Shown here piece after piece: positions 1 to 12,744 of a stretch of 20,307 nt of DNA. The notes under the pieces are model-generated. The model made no database searches. It was not told the DNA's origin and saw only the letters and a program-made list of their open reading frames with translations. The translations under genes and the position numbers were made by a program. This stretch comes from Veleropilina oligotropha (taxonomy: Eukaryota): the NCBI GenBank assembly GCA_048128005.1, contig JBEUKZ010000014.1, positions 186,001 through 206,307 of the forward strand. Reading direction: 5' to 3'. Every line of letters starts with the position of its first letter. Within the stretch, counting starts at the first letter, position 1.

Positions 1-150
1 TACTCAAACACTACTAAGAAATGCAACTTGTGTTTAGCAGAGAAATTTATTATTTTATGTAAGCCCAAAGTAGCAACATTGAACAAACGAAATGAACTAA
101 TCAATAAATGCAGGCATAGAGATAAATTTTTACTGAGAAGCGTCAAATGA
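1..150 (+). CDS. C-terminal end of a Penelope-like retroelement ORF (GIY-YIG endonuclease tail with Cys/His motif); partial, runs off the window start
   Basis: Frame 1 reads [49 protein letters not shown] (TGA 148-150). The CxxCxxEK...LNKRxE...CRH pattern is typical of PLE GIY-YIG C-termini. A hammerhead ribozyme and a (TA)n tract follow. Confidence 0.85.
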   Translation, partial: YSNTTKKCNLCLAEKFIILCKPKVATLNKRNELINKCRHRDKFLLRSVK

Positions 151-263
151 ATTAATTATATCAACTTCTATTTGTACATTACATGTAATAATTTTATGAC
201 GTCATCCTATATGACGTAACGTTATGACGTTTTATTACCGTTGCCTATCTGCAGATCACTCTG

Positions 264-322
264 ATTTATGCACTGAGGAGTGTAGGTTCTGCCTATACGA
301 AACAGAACTGTATGCAGTAAAT
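264..322 (+). ncRNA. Type I hammerhead ribozyme in the Penelope-like terminal repeat
   Basis: Core CTGAGGA 273-279; stem II GTGTAGG(280-286)/CCTATAC(292-298) with one G-U pair; GAAA 299-302; short stem III ACAG-AA-CTGT; cleavage triplet GTA 310-312; stem I ATTTATGCA(264-272) pairs with TGCA-g-TAAAT(313-322). Confidence 0.9.
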
Positions 323-354
323 ATGAGTCAAAAGTTTTAACGTGTCCAGTCATT

Positions 355-486
<132 letters not shown>

Positions 487-1431
487 TATCACATCCCGGC
501 TCCTTTTACATAGCGCCAAAGTGTGTATTAAAAACGATAATACATACTGTTTATAACGACTTTCAAATTTTTGATTGATTTGATTAGATAATTTAATCAT
601 TGAATCTAAATAACAGCCAATGGTAGAGCGTGTCACAAAAGGTCATTATCCATTGTGTACACAGGACTAATTTTTACTATTTGCGATTACCCGATCAGAA
701 AAACATGGCCAAGGTCAAGGGAAAATACTGCAAATAACGACCAATATTTAGTTGAAATAATAGGAGCAGACATCCAGGTAAGATCGTTTAACTCCCGACC
801 GTCATAGCATACAAAATTCAATGTACCGGTACATGATAAAAGTTTGCAATTAGTTTCCGCTATTCACAATAGTAGGTGTCCATTTCATTTCATTCATGGC
901 CGCCATCTTAAGGTCGGTTCGAATTGATTTTAGATGGAAATTAACATATTAACGTTGTATTTATATAAAATTTATATCAAAACGTGTTTATATTTGTTAC
1001 CGTATACAAAGCCGTCAAATTTGTCATGATTCTGATGTTGTATGTGTACGCTGAAGAATTATAGTCGGCAGCAGACGACGCGTACCTCGGTTCAAACCGC
1101 CGGGATACGAAATCGACACAATATATGCAACCTTCACGCTTGTTTAATGTTATTTGAATAGAGTTTGTTGGATAGTATAATATTGAAATAAAAGCGACAT
1201 TAGTTATTTTCATAACCGCATTTGTTGCTCTTTATAGTTAATAGAGTAGATGAAGAACGGATATATTTTTCACACTCATTGGCACTTTTGCATGACTTGA
1301 ACAATCAATTTACCTTCTGCCATATTACTACGCCGCATACTTATGTCAGTAGTATTATGTTAGAACGTGACAGAAAAATTAAAAACAACGTTGTAAAGCT
1401 TGTTTCTTTATAAGCTTGAGATATATGATAA

Positions 1432-1586
1432 ATAGAATCTCACATTCGTGATCATTTAATATCACATTTATGAATCTCGTTAATTAATTTCCATATTTTC
1501 CTCGGTAAAACCTCGGAAAATATGAAAATTAGTTAACTCGTTTCATAAATGTTATATTAAATGACCATTCATGTGGGAACCTCTAT
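1432..1586. mobile_element. Imperfect palindromic (hairpin) non-autonomous element or element terminus
   Basis: Arm TCATTTAATATCACATTTATGAA...CATATTTTCC pairs with GGAAAATATG...TTCATAAATGTTATATTAAATGA around a CTCGGTAAAACCTCG centre. Same layout as 6868-7017. Confidence 0.6.
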
Positions 1587-1699
1587 ATATAATCACCAGA
1601 GGCATTGCTAGGCCTCCAAATTTAATGGTTACGACATCTAAATACTGTATACAATCATTCCTTCATGCAAATCCTGATTGTTTATATACACGTCTTAAA

Positions 1700-3450
1700 T
1701 GCACATGGAAATGTATATACATATACCAAGACGTGTTGAAAAACCTATAGGCCCTACCTTTGCCGTTCTTGTTCCATTTCGATTCAGTGGAAGATGTACG
1801 TGCCCCAACAACAAATACTAAACATTAAATGCGGTGTTGTCACATTATATAGTGTACATAGTATCAATTCAGCTGTCGGACCACAAGTACAATTTTACAC
1901 AATAGTTGCATGCTGTTTTTGGCTTGTTTCGCTTACCACAGCATCCGTATTCATGTTGTTCGGATCGCGACTGTCCGTCACTAACGGCTCGCATGCCGAC
2001 ATCTTGATTTCTGAAATATTATGTTTAGGCAATCAGGATTTATACAATTTTTATCTACACAGTAACTGTGACAATGTAAAATTGCAAAATACTTTAAAAT
2101 AATGACCAAATGTTAGAGATTGGTGCGTCGTCAGTTTTCTTGTCATCAACTTTGAAGGTTGATAATTTCTGTCAAATTTGTCATGTTCAAGAAGTAGTGA
2201 CCAATATCATATCAAAATCTTTGCCCTAAATGTCCTCTTGTGATGTTTCTTTCGAGAAGATTTGTACTCAACAATATTTTTTGTTGCTGATATTGATCAG
2301 CGACATCATGATATTTCTCCAAAGTTTCTATAGTCTGTTTAAACAACAACAGGTCTTCTTAAACACAAATGTAATGAACATTTCCACCACTCAAACATGA
2401 ACATACAGAATTACGTTTTAACAATGGGTTGGTGTGATTGTCGCTGTTGCTTGATTCGAATGGATAGCTGAAATGGATTCTGATTAATTGCTTGTTTAAG
2501 ACAAAATTCACAATATTCAGTCATCAAGTGCAAAAATCGAAACCCTCATTTTAAAATCTCTCTCCGGTCAGACGATTATTGCCTACAGCACCAATGAAGT
2601 TAAACTCACGCACTCCTCTTCCTGCAAGACCGTGGTAACGCGATTATGTTGCGACTATATTGCGGTTTTTGGAAGGCATCTAAATATTGCGCGCCTTACT
2701 TTCTTTCCCATGTCGTTTTCCATTTGAAAGGTCTTTGCCATGACCTTGGATGGCTGCCCTGGGCTGTGTCCCACACGACGAATTTGTTCACAAGTAACTC
2801 TGTGATTTCGAGTGTATGCCAATGTCTAGCAAGGAATAGCCATCGCGACTTCATCAATTCAGGCACGGGTGACATACAACTCTAGAGATATGCAACTGTT
2901 GCGTGGTCATTCAATGTGGACATTTCAAAAACACAATTTGTTAATTCGTCCCATTACTCCCTTCGTATGAATTAACAACTTTGGCAGTGGTTCCGGTGTT
3001 TATGGCTGCAAAGTCTAGAGTAGTCGGTGGAGAATATAATGTATGCCTTAAAATCTTGATCATATCCCGATGGATGGTGTCGAATGCTTTCGTGAAATCG
3101 ATGAAGGACATTGCTGCTAAAATCACATCTCTGATCCTGTTGAGAATCAGTCGGTTGCGACATATGCTTCATATTTCAATTGTACATGTGAAAATGAAAC
3201 CAAGTACTGTCCTTAGATATATAGGACAGTGATGATCGTTGACATGTACGCCTGCCAATGATGATCGTTGACATGTACGCCTGCCAATGATGATCGTTGA
3301 CATGTACGCCTGCCACTGTCGGTTTGTCATTCGCAAATAACCGTCGCCGTTTTGCAGATTAGTGTACAGAGCATGATGTCATCGACCTCACCATTTTAAA
3401 CACATCTGAGGGATTCCATATTGACCTAAACGTCACTTAAATTCGGTGAT
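1700..3450 (-). pseudogene. Decayed non-LTR retrotransposon reverse transcriptase (RTE/RTE-X-like)
   Basis: Minus ORF 2941-3126 contains SFIDFTKAFDTIHRDMIKIL...NTGTTAKVVNSYEG, the RT motif FxDFxKAFDxI and its typical downstream segment. A degraded GIP-like segment near 3405-3420 lies upstream. There are many frameshifts and stops, and the boundaries are approximate. Confidence 0.7.
3230..3315. repeat. Tandem repeat, 29-bp unit x3
   Basis: TGATGATCGTTGACATGTACGCCTGCCAA at 3230, 3259 and 3288 (last copy 28 bp). Confidence 0.97.
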
Positions 3451-4485
3451 CTAACAATAAATGGTACGTCGGTTTTATATTCAATCAAACTTTGGGTGAC
3501 ATCCTATATATTATATGATGTCTGACAATTTTGCCACCATCCAGACAATTCGTTAATATTGAATGGGATTTACATGTATGTACATACATGTATTTTCGAT
3601 TAGGGGTGTCTCATTTGTCCTTGGACAGCTCTATACAAGAAATTTTCCCGTGTGAAAAGTTTAAAGCAGTTATAAGATTTTTATACCTATTTTGCAACCC
3701 CACATCAAATATGTTGACCTGTGGACTATAATATAATGCTACTCTTACCAAGTTCCCCTACACTTCACTTGCGACGATTTTCTCAAGAACCAGAATGGTT
3801 GATTCAAGTAGAAAATGATAACTGAAATGGCGTGCTATGTTGCTTGGCAATACTGAATCCTAATAACCGTGCATCAGTGACGTCACTTACATGACGTCAT
3901 CACTGAGACGTCGAATTAAATCTAAGACGTACGTCAACATAAGACAGTACATGTTTTATAAATAGACTATTATTTCAGACTGAAAATAATATGATATAAA
4001 GAATAATGTAATATAAAAGCTGATTGAATGTAAAATCATTTCACGATTAGTCTATGTTATGGATGTTTAAAGACAGTTAAATTAAGTACAAGAAACTTGG
4101 GGAAGTAGGCCCTATATTATGTTGACACGTAATAATAAACCAAGGGTTTATGATCTTTTTTCAGGTATGATTTTCACCGGATGTCTTTCCCTTTTTCTAT
4201 TTCATAAGATGTCGTTCATATCACGAATACCGCTTTGTAGAGGCAATAAGCAATACAATGTTTTTTGTTGATTCGCGGTGTATAATGACAATCAAAATCG
4301 CAAATACAGTAGGCCTACAGTTTTATTAGATTATTAACTATAATGCATTCTTTTACGTGTTTGGTCCGGACAATATTTTAGGCAGGCTTTAGCTGGTGTG
4401 TGAGACTCGACCTCAATTCAAGGTAGACAGGTATTCGAGGCCAGACATCAATTCAAAGAAAACATGCTATAAACCGGTATGAGCG

Positions 4486-6120
4486 TAAAGCTACGCACCC
4501 ATGTAAGCGTGATGCGTGATACGTGAAGCGTATGGACCGAACCCATGTGTCCGTATAAAAGCTCTGCGTGATGCGTGAACAGTTTTAGAGAAGGATTATA
4601 ACATTAAATATGCTCTTTTCACATAATATTATAGATAGTATCCTGGTAAAAAAAATTAATATTTATCCCTTCAATATTTAGTTCCACGGGTATGCTCTTA
4701 TAAAAAGCAGAAAGGCCTCTTTAATATAACTTGTTGTGTACCATATATGCGACTGTAAATGAATATATTATCTCTTCTGCTAACGACATATACTGTATAT
4801 TAATAATTTATTTCTTATAGAGCGCATTTTGCATTATAAATGCCTCAATGCTCTTTACATTGTAATTCTACATTCAAAAATATTAAATGAGTAAAACAGA
4901 AAACGTATGATAATATTATATCAACATAAAATGGCAAATTGTAAATTTTAAGAAATTAAATGAGTAAAAGAGTACAATATAAAATATACGAATAAAAGAG
5001 AAAATATCATATAACATATACAAGTTATAAAACAGGCTAAAAGGAATATAACGCATATATTAAGAGATTATGTTATTAATTCATTATTCCAAAATGTTAC
5101 CAAGTAGATTTCTTATGTAGATAACTACATAATTATCTAGATAATAAGACCACATAAATAAGAGGATATGGCAGAAATATGCCACCATACAAAATATTAT
5201 CCTAGGAAAATAATATAAAATTATGTTCCATTATTTCAAATATAATCTATATAACACAAGCATTCAAATTTAAATAACGATATCTTGTAATAACGCTTTT
5301 CAGCGAAATAATATTTTGTAGGCCTATGTGTGCGCGCTTTTGTGTTTGGGTACGCGTACATATAGGAATGTGAGAATCAGATTGTACTAACTCCATAACA
5401 TACAAGGCCATTAATGGACCTATAATATCAATACATATTAATTAATATCTAGTATTAATATAATATATAATTAATACCACATATACTTATACATAATAGG
5501 CTGATAGGAAAATATGTAATGCTAAATTTACGTTAAATCTTTACTACCAATATCTAACATAGTAGACTTTGGTTTTCACCTCCTCAGATATTACAAGTTA
5601 TATAAATGATTTATTTTACCAAACAAAGAAAAGATTGAACGAAATCATTCGGATGACAATGTGTTCAGTTATATAGACCCACGATAAAGTCAATTCAACA
5701 AATATTTACGCTTCTCAAGTTTTTGCTTTCAAATCACTGCATTAAAATTAATAACTCACTGTTGATCTTAACTGTTTATATAACAAACGTATGTACTACA
5801 AACGTCTTAACCGAGGAGATGTCGTTCAATCAATGAAGATATTGTGTTCAATTTCCATATCTTCTAATAGCAAAATAAACATAACAATTTAGGGATGGAC
5901 GTTTTTACATTGTAAACTTCCTATTATTTTATGTGATAAGAAATTGTTTACGCAGCTGCGTGATGCGTGTCGAACACTTTCGGAGCGATCTTTACGCAGC
6001 GCCATGCGTAATACGCTTCACGCATCACGCACACATGGGATCGCTCCAATTGATTTCAGTACATTTCGTTCAACGCGCATTACGCTTCACGCATCACGCG
6101 TACATGGGTGCGTAGCTTTA
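4486..6120. mobile_element. Non-autonomous TIR DNA transposon (~1.6 kb, PIF/Harbinger-like ends)
   Basis: TAAAGCTACGCACCCATGTA.GCGTGATGCGTGA at 4486 is the reverse complement of TCACGCATCACGCGTACATGGGTGCGTAGCTTTA ending at 6120. Subterminal GCGTGATGCGTG motifs repeat at both ends, the ends are TA/TWA, and the interior is AT-rich and non-coding. Confidence 0.75.
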
Positions 6121-6867
6121 TTACAGTCGCGTAATAAAATGTTCCATATGGGTCTAGGCCGATATCCGTATAAGAGCCGTGTATAATGCGTAACCATGAC
6201 AAGGATTTTGGACAATTTTTACGGACCATAGATGTTGAAATCATCTTTTATTTCATTCGAAGTTTACACATAAGTACGTCCATAAAAATGAAAGCAGAAT
6301 TGCATCCTAAATTTTTTATCTCTTCTGCTAACGTATGCAATAAAAAGATTTAATTTTATTTCTGTAAAATTATAAAGATTGAAATATTAAAGATGGACGT
6401 CAATTTAAAATTTATAATAAAGTGCTATGCATCAGGGTAGCACTTATTCACCACTGTATGACCGCTGAATAAACAATGCATTACCAACTATATTCTTATC
6501 ACATGACAAGCCTGTTATGGAACTGTAGAGGTCGTTCCATAAATCTATATACGAAAAGACACGTGGCATAAGTATGCAAATGAGGGCGAGCATGACGGCC
6601 GAACATCGCATATGGCGCGAAGTTGATTAGGCGGCACATCACCCTCATTAACATAATGAATAATTGATACCCGTTGACTCGCCGATTACCGACGTTGAAC
6701 TATTTTTTTATTGGCGTACTGGCGTGGCGCGTGCTTTCGATGCGTGATGCGTCTGAGGCAATGGCAATTTATGGCTGAAAGTACTGACAGAAATTAGTTT
6801 TAAAACGTAAAGAAATGCGTTTAAAAACGCAATAAAATAAGTTTAAATGTAAATAAAGTCATGTGAT

Positions 6868-7017
6868 AAAGAAGATATGAAACTTGTGTCCATTTCATAT
6901 GAGAATTATGAAACTCGTAGGCAAATTTATGTACCTCGCCAAGGCTCGGTACATAAATTGTGCCCGACTCGTTTCATAATTGTCATATGGAATGGACACT
7001 CGTTCGATATCCTCTAT
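6868..7017. mobile_element. Imperfect palindromic (hairpin) non-autonomous element or element terminus
   Basis: Arm GTGTCCATTTCATATGAGAATTATGAAAC...AATTTATGTACC pairs with GGTACATAAATT...GTTTCATAATTGTCATATGGAATGGACAC around CTCGCCAAGGCTCG. It ends in CCTCTAT like the 1432-1586 hairpin. Confidence 0.6.
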
Positions 7018-8220
7018 GTATGATATACACTGTATATACGCAGTGCCCATACATTGACATTATTTGTGCCTAAATGTACATGAAATAAAAATTATATAAA
7101 CAAATGTCTATGAAACATTTTTTGCTGAATATGGCATGTTTATTCATGTTTATTCCGACGATTTATTTGAATATTGGAGTTTATTATACCAAGTAACACA
7201 TTATAAGATCAAACAGTGACATGCTCAAATAATTTTGAGAGGAAAGTCCGGAATGCTACATAAAGGCAACTGGTCCGGACGGTAACTGTGACATTTTTCT
7301 TCGAAATATCAACAGACAACCATGCACGTACGTTTGCACGACTGCGTTGTGGGAAACACTTTGTCACACGACAGCATTGTGGGAAACGTACACTTTGTCA
7401 CTAGAATAATAATAAGTCGCACGAGAATTATACTGTTCTATGTCCACATTCGTTGAATAAGAGAAATCGGCGACCAGAGATTTGGATCATCATAAAATAA
7501 TGTTTCTCCACATTTTAGTTATGCTAATCCGTATTTACCACAAAGACTGGCCACTTAATATTATATTTCCTTAAATAAACCAAAAATAGTATTATGTTTG
7601 GTAGTAGGCCTAATGACGATTTATTGGTTGGACATAGAACATATTTGTCATAAACACATGCACTTTTGTTAGATCTATAATGTTCTATGTCAATTTGCAT
7701 TGATTAATATAACTAACATAGCGCTTAATTTTTCCCGTTTAAAATATGATGTCATACAGGATCGTGCATATTGATCATAGCAAGGTATAATGTCAGATAT
7801 AACCTGTTGGTCCAGTCAATCTAGGACAAAAAATGACCTAACCTAGAACTAATTGCAACATAATTTATTTTGAATTTTATTTGTACGTAAATATGTATAA
7901 AATAACATATCAAAAGTCTAGGAAAATCTAAATAGGGGATAGTCTTCAAAATTACGTTAAGCATAACTCTATGCCACGATTTTCATTCCGTTTTGATGTT
8001 CTTATGTATATACGCATTATCCTATGTCAAAGTTACTATTTAAACACAATGTAGTGTTGTATATGGTACCAATGTAAAAAATAGATACTCATGATCATTT
8101 AATATCTATTTTATTATTCTTTATTGCAGACAACCTTATGAAAAGTAATAAATTGTACCCCTACCCCCTTAAAAATATCCCAATTTACGAAAAATATGTT
8201 CAACTTTTCACAATATTGAG

Positions 8221-8897
8221 AAATTTGCATATTGTATACAAGTAATTTCTTTTGCATAACAACCAGATATGCATTTTAAATAATGCCACAGAGTTAATAC
8301 AAGTCTTTAAAACTATGAATGCTTTTAATTTATGACATTAATTTAGAATTAGTTATTTTTTGTATTTCCCAGAGGATTCCTTGTTAATGTGGAGGAGAAA
8401 TGATGCTTAATGTCCTGTATATTTACAACATCGAGGTTCAAGGCAGTACATGTCCGTGTTGTCGCGGGAGGAAACCCCGGTCGCCCGGGTAAACCCGCCC
8501 TATTCGGCCAGTCACGGACAACTGTGATTCATAACTTGAACAAATGTCAATGCCTCAGCCAGGTATTGAACCCACTACTGTTCGCATTGGCGGAATCAAG
8601 TCAGTGAAGAATTAGAGTGGACACTCTACCCACTGCGCTGCCGAAGCGGCCTTTTGTTAATGTTCTATAATATAATAAACTGTTCATGTACATGGTACGA
8701 AAGGAAAACGTAGACAGTTGTGATCCTTTTGTATTACATTTAGATGTATTTTATTGAAGATAATCATCGTAAAAGTGAGAAAATGTACACCGACCTCCTC
8801 AAAAACCCACCATAATGAAGTTTTCTTAACTTTTTAATAAAATTTGAAAATTTGCATATTGTATTCGAAAAATTTATTTTGCGTAACAACCAGATGT
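8221..8897. repeat. Dispersed imperfect ~50-bp direct repeat pair (8221-8270 and 8848-8897)
   Basis: AAATTTGCATATTGTAT...TTTTGC(A/G)TAACAACCAGAT(A/G)TG occurs at both positions. Confidence 0.7.
8385..8651 (-). mobile_element. tRNA-derived SINE with V-domain-like central core
   Basis: The minus strand begins GGCCGCTTCGGCAGCGCAGTGGGTAGAG (A-box-like), then GGGTTCAATACC (B-box), then GGGTTTACCCGGGCGACCGGGGTTTCCTCCC (V-SINE-like core). It is homologous to 19595-19820. Confidence 0.8.
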
Positions 8898-9289
8898 GTA
8901 TAGTTATGGACAGCCTCTACATTCACCCTTTATTTTACTCTATGCTATATGAGGGTCTAGCTGATTAATTATTATTTTCAACAAATATCACTATAAGAGT
9001 TTTATATGTAAACGCAGTGTGCAGTTATATAGTACAAACAAAATACATTCATCATCATTCTCATTATGTGCTGATTACATGTTTGTTATATGAGAGAGTT
9101 ATTATATTTGCCAATAAATACCTTCCTTATAGCACGCCTCTGATTTGGATATAATTTTCAAGTTTGTTCCATTGTTCCGACTTCTGTTGAATATTCACGT
9201 TTTTATTTCTCATATTTTTCATATAGTTGACAAATAATACAATGTGTATACTTTCGAAGACAAGTAACATAAGTAATGTTTTAATTGAC

Positions 9290-11552
9290 CGAACTTGATA
9301 ATACTTCGATCATTCGAACAAATAACGGTGTTATATTCACCGCAACATGTTGTATATTGTAACCCATGCTTCCTACAGCTGCCCCGCAATTGGTTTTTCA
9401 GTTAAATCGAACCACTCTCAACAGATGTTCACGTGTCGTTGTCAATTGTGTCGTCACAGGGGGAAGTCTGTCATGGTCGGAGCACTAGATCCATTCCTAT
9501 GCTGATAAAATTAGCCTCTGGGTCCCTTCACTATAATGAACCTGCGGATAGACCCGCAGCAGGCTGGTCTCAACATACCAGGAACAGTGTGTGTCCAGGT
9601 CATCCGTGCGTTCGTTATTGTACATACCCACTATGGTGCCCCCATACCACCCCCCCCCCGAATGTGAGAGCGTTCTCAAAAGCACACTGCACACCTTTTT
9701 CAGTGGATCTTCTTTTGCAATCCCAATCATCCGTGAGACTGTAACGCATCTTATGATGGCAAGTGCGAATGACTCACCTTCTTTGTTCCTGATAATGCAG
9801 ATCAGTATCAACAGCAACAAAACAAGGATATCCATGACATCGGTGATCGGCACGGGCGATGCATCGCGCGCTACCAACAGCGATCAGTACACCCACATCA
9901 TCTATCGATTTTTCTGAAATTTCTTGTTCACCATATTCACAGCTTGATGTCTGCGTTGGCGAGGAAATATGTTGCTTGGAGGACCTGAACGACATGATGT
10001 CTGTGAAGTTCACAGATGCTCCAACTGCTCCTCCTGTTCGTCCCTTGTAGGCGGACCAGATTGGCACCCGTCATCATAACTGTGAGGTGGTGGTACTGGC
10101 GACGCCTTTGATGTAATTTTGGCAAATTCCTGAGAATATCGATTCTCTTGTACAAGGTGCGATTGAATAGCGAACATATATTGAGTACAAAGTGTACTTC
10201 GTCATACGGAGATACCGGCGACGAACTATCTCCAGGCCATATCGCATCTGCAAGTGCTTCCTTCTGCGCTGGTCGTGGAAGTCCTGGTGCTTCAAAGTGG
10301 GATGATTGCTAGGTATTTCTTAAATTAGACTAACACACTTTGAAACAACACTTACGAGTCGACAATGACGGTTTCACCTTCTACTTTGCCAGTCCATTTG
10401 GTACTGAGGGTAATTTCCTGGGCACGTCATTTGAACACGTGTAGCAATCTGTAGGAATCACAGTGATACATTCCATGGATTGTATAATGGTCGTCCCAAT
10501 TTCACGAACCTTGTCCGCATTATCGTTGGACGATTTTCCGGTCACAATGTTTGCGTAATTGTGCTTCCTCAGGGAATGTATTTCGGTCCGCAAAGAAGTT
10601 GAGCAAAGTCTTAGTATCTTTCCGATCCTGCACCAGTCTTGTCTTTCCACTTTCGTTGTGCTGCTCGGTTGTGATATACGCGACATCCGTCAACTGAGTT
10701 AATTCCTGCACGGTGTTGTTCATATCACCAGTCGCCTTCGCATGCCTCATTAGATCATGTTCAATGACAAGACCGGTGAAAAATTATGCTGAGCACCCAT
10801 TACGTATGACATGAGGTCATGTTTTAATGGCCTTGTACATGATGATATGACCATGCTCTAGTGTCTTCACGATTTGAAATTACATATAAGGCGACTAAGC
10901 CGTTAAGAGATGAAGGCCGTAATGTACCATGCGTTCTCCCTTGATGAATCGTCATAGGATATCGATCACGTTCAAATATTGCATCCACAATGCGACTGTG
11001 CTACAATTCCCCATATATGTTTCGTGGGCTTCGATTCCTTCGTTAATCGTGTCTAGTACATCCTCCTCACAGAAATGGTAAGGACGAAGGGACACGGAAA
11101 CGCATTTGTCAACATAATGGCATTCAATGCAGGATCTAATCAGAAATGTGACTAACTGCTCTGGATATAGTTGGCGTGCATACAGCTTGCAACAGTTTCT
11201 GTAGGTCTGACCTACGTATCAGATGGCCAATATATCCAAGAAATCTCATTACCACATGGAATCCACGGAAACACTTTATAATCGAATGAAGGATACTGGA
11301 AGGAGATTCCTTGGTGATGATCATCAAAACGTTCCAATGGAGACGCTGATCGAAGGTAAATATGGGATTAGCATGCTTATTTTGAGCTACTGTCTCACGA
11401 ATGTCAGAGTCTATTAGACACATGATAGATCACTGGGGCCATGTCGGTCAATGGATGAAACAACAATTTTCCTGGGAAATCACCACATTGTAATGTGTGC
11501 GTCATTGCGGATCATCCATTGTGCGAATGCAGTAGTATTGCAACTTTCTTCA
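9290..11552 (-). pseudogene. Decayed Academ-like DNA transposon gene (transposase region, XPG/PIN-like nuclease, C-terminal Cys-rich finger)
   Basis: Minus-strand fragments in the expected order: TFDQRLHW...FRGFHVVMRFLGYIGHL...TISRAVSH (11136-11423); EQHNE...DRKDTKTLLNFFADRN (10520-10750); DILVLLL...VSRMIGIAK...SLLRVYPQV (9497-9877); SCRKHGLQYTTCCGE (~9335-9385). Many frameshifts. The family call rests on recalled motif similarity. Confidence 0.7.
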
Positions 11553-11991
11553 ATTTATATCTATATCACAAATACAAGCGAATACGGCGCCCGTACGATG
11601 TGTGTTTTTGAAGATGTCGTACGGACATCGATGATTTTTTTTCGACTATTTTTTGGGCATCGTAGGGTCATCGGCTACATTTAACGCGGAGTTATAATTT
11701 TTAGAAGATCGTGCGATTTTGAATATCAGGAAATCGTCGCAGGCATATCGTAAGGATACCTTGCGGTTACCTTAGGGGGGGACTAGGGGGTTTCAGAGGA
11801 AGTTAGGGGGGGGCCCGGGGCGACCGGGAAGGCTCCCAGCCCTATTTCAGAACTGAGGGGGGGCTCGTAATATATACTCCAGGGCGCCATCCGAAACTAG
11901 GGTAGCTTAGAATAGTCTATTTGGGCCCCCCGGGCAATCGGTGCGAAATAACTGGTATGTTAGACGGTGTGTAGTTATACTTGAAAGCAAC

Positions 11992-12339
11992 ATGTCGCAG
12001 CCCCCCAAGATACCGCGAGAGCAGGATCAAGATGACAACTCTGGAAACGGACCAGCCGATAGAGAGGGTGACCCAGCCGATAGAGACGATAGAGAGGGTG
12101 ACCTGGAAGACGTTCCTACGCTGCACGGCGAAGGGAGCTACAGGCGCGTTAGAAACCTCATAAACACAGGCTACGACGTTTTGATTGTCGAACTCGACGA
12201 CGGTGACCAGGCGGTCTTCAAGAAGAAGACCAAAGACGGTAACAAGGGAGTTTTACACAATCACCGTCGTCCAAAGCTGTCTAGACTGTCGGCGGACCCC
12301 CACGCCCGTTTGTACAGAGCTTGTAGTAAGAGCCCTTAG
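11992..12339 (+). CDS. Hypothetical 115-aa viral protein (acidic, low-complexity N-half; basic C-half), left copy
   Basis: ATG in the GCAACATG context shared with the polymerase start. MSQPPKIPREQDQDD...; the frame is open in both arms. Confidence 0.55.
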   Translation: MSQPPKIPREQDQDDNSGNGPADREGDPADRDDREGDLEDVPTLHGEGSYRRVRNLINTGYDVLIVELDDGDQAVFKKKTKDGNKGVLHNHRRPKLSRLSADPHARLYRACSKSP

Positions 12340-12421
12340 GGACGGCCCACAACCCTCGCCGGCCCGGGCTCTTCTTTTAGACATACCCTTTGCAAAGGAT
12401 ATACCCACTGCAAAGTATACG

Positions 12422-12696
12422 ATGAAGGGCTATGACACCTGTCGATGGCTTACCATCAGCTCCACGGAGTTATGCGGTAAGAGTTGTGTGAGAGAGTTCT
12501 GCAAAGTCCACCTGGCTCGGCAACGGCGAAATGGCCGGGTACAAAGCCCTGCATCAAATGCGGCAAAGGCGTCTTCAACCGGTTTACGTTGTGCCGGGGC
12601 TGTGGGTATCGGAATGAGGACGCTAAGGACTGGGGACGAAAGAAAAGAGCCTTCGAGAGAGAGTTTCTGCGCCTGGCTGCAATTTACCACACGTAA
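12422..12696 (+). pseudogene. Small Cys/His-rich (zinc-finger-like) protein, left copy, frameshifted
   Basis: One G is missing at ~12537 (GGCCGGGTAC versus GGCCGGGGTAC in the right arm), which splits the 91-aa ORF. Confidence 0.7.
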
Positions 12697-12744
12697 ATTT
12701 CCTATTAGAGGAATGCTTGGCGTAGTGTATACCCACCCAGCAAC

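Noticed and set aside
150..265. SECIS element downstream of the Penelope-like ORF
   Set aside because: ATGA motifs exist, but I could not build the required stem with an apical AA and an opposing GA quartet.
3230..3315. 29-bp repeats as a CRISPR array
   Set aside because: Head-to-tail copies with no spacers, in a eukaryotic context inside a LINE remnant.
5933..6186. ORFs 5933..6115 and 5944..6186
   Set aside because: They arise from the repetitive subterminal motifs of the TIR element and show no protein-like signal.
4769..6333. 17-bp match TATCTCTTCTGCTAACG at ~4769 and ~6317
   Set aside because: Too short and isolated to define an element or TSD, and it does not coincide with any element boundary.
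8560..8651. tRNA gene
   Set aside because: A- and B-box-like motifs are present but there is no cloverleaf, and the sequence continues into a SINE body with a second copy at 19595-19820.
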